From contig JAFQKA010000001.1 of the NCBI GenBank assembly GCA_017397175.1, forward strand, positions 8,266 to 72,265: a stretch of DNA of 64,000 bases, given 5' to 3'. Position 1 is the first letter of the stretch; the number at the start of each line of letters is the position of its first letter. Below the pieces are notes generated by a model. The model was not told the DNA's origin and ran no database searches. It was given only the letters and a program-made list of their open reading frames with translations. Below are positions 63,766 to 64,000 of the stretch, one piece after another. The translations under genes and the position numbers were made by a program. The DNA comes from Clostridia bacterium. GTDB taxonomy: Bacteria > Bacillota > Clostridia > Oscillospirales > CAG-272.

Positions 63766-64000
63766 GAAAATAGCCGTTGTCGGCGGAGGTGCCGCAGGCA
63801 TGATGGCGGCGATCTTTGCCGCCGAAGCCGGCGGTGACGTTACCCTCTTTGAGCGGAACGACCGTCTGGGCAAAAAGCTGAGGATAACGGGCAAAGGGCG
63901 TTGCAACGTGACCAACAACTGCGACCTGCAGGAGTTTCTCTCAAACGTCCCCGTGAACTCCCGTTTTCTGTACGCCGCGCTGAATCGCTTCGGCACGGAC
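63746..64000 (+). CDS. N-terminal fragment of an HI0933/BaiN-like NAD(P)/FAD-dependent oxidoreductase; 3' end lies outside the window
   Basis: ATG 63746 overlaps the end of the RpiR gene, and the frame is open to the window edge. It carries the dinucleotide-binding motif [15 protein letters not shown], followed by [24 protein letters not shown]. Confidence 0.75.
   Translation, partial: MTNPESKKIAVVGGGAAGMMAAIFAAEAGGDVTLFERNDRLGKKLRITGKGRCNVTNNCDLQEFLSNVPVNSRFLYAALNRFGTD

Noticed and set aside
1-64000. I looked for mobile elements, prophage remnants, toxin-antitoxin pairs, restriction-modification genes and other defence islands.
   Set aside because: No integrase, transposase, recombinase, phage structural, nuclease/methylase or cas-like translations were found in any frame. 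The only XRE-type HTH (8573-8809) is paired with a transporter, not a toxin-like ORF.

Overview
This window is chromosomal DNA from a spore-forming, Clostridia-type Firmicute. sigG is present, and the string yicC-remA-gmk-rpoZ-priA-def-fmt-rsmB-rlmN-stp-prkC-rsgA mirrors the Bacillus subtilis ylo region. About 58 protein-coding genes are supported, mostly housekeeping, transport and carbohydrate-related. I saw no rRNA or tRNA genes, CRISPR array, transposase, integrase or recognisable defence genes.

Most notable content:
1. An orphan structured RNA of about 210 nt at 11.07-11.29 kb. It has a near-consensus promoter and an intrinsic terminator, and I cannot place it in a known family.
2. A contiguous asnB-like / ATP-grasp / aspartate racemase cassette that looks like a complete D-Asp (D-isoAsn) peptidoglycan cross-bridge module.
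3. Two diverged paralogous four-gene operons (ABC ATPase, ABC-2 permease, GldG-like, DUF4340-like) of unknown function. One is headed by an RNHCP zinc-ribbon gene.
4. Lineage-specific insertions in the ylo string: a GH78 gene, a Pro-rich membrane metallophosphoesterase after prkC, and two tandem orphan SBP-like lipoproteins.
5. A roughly 420-bp mosaic of GC-rich palindromic repeats.
6. A DUF5107/TPR giant-protein locus with a divergent LuxR-type regulator.
7. Several sequence-level regulatory predictions, including a sigG RBS-sequestering hairpin with an embedded forespore-type promoter, a Fur-family box upstream of zur-znuACB, and operator-like palindromes.

All family assignments come from reading the translations and recalling family motifs. 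No searches or computations were run.
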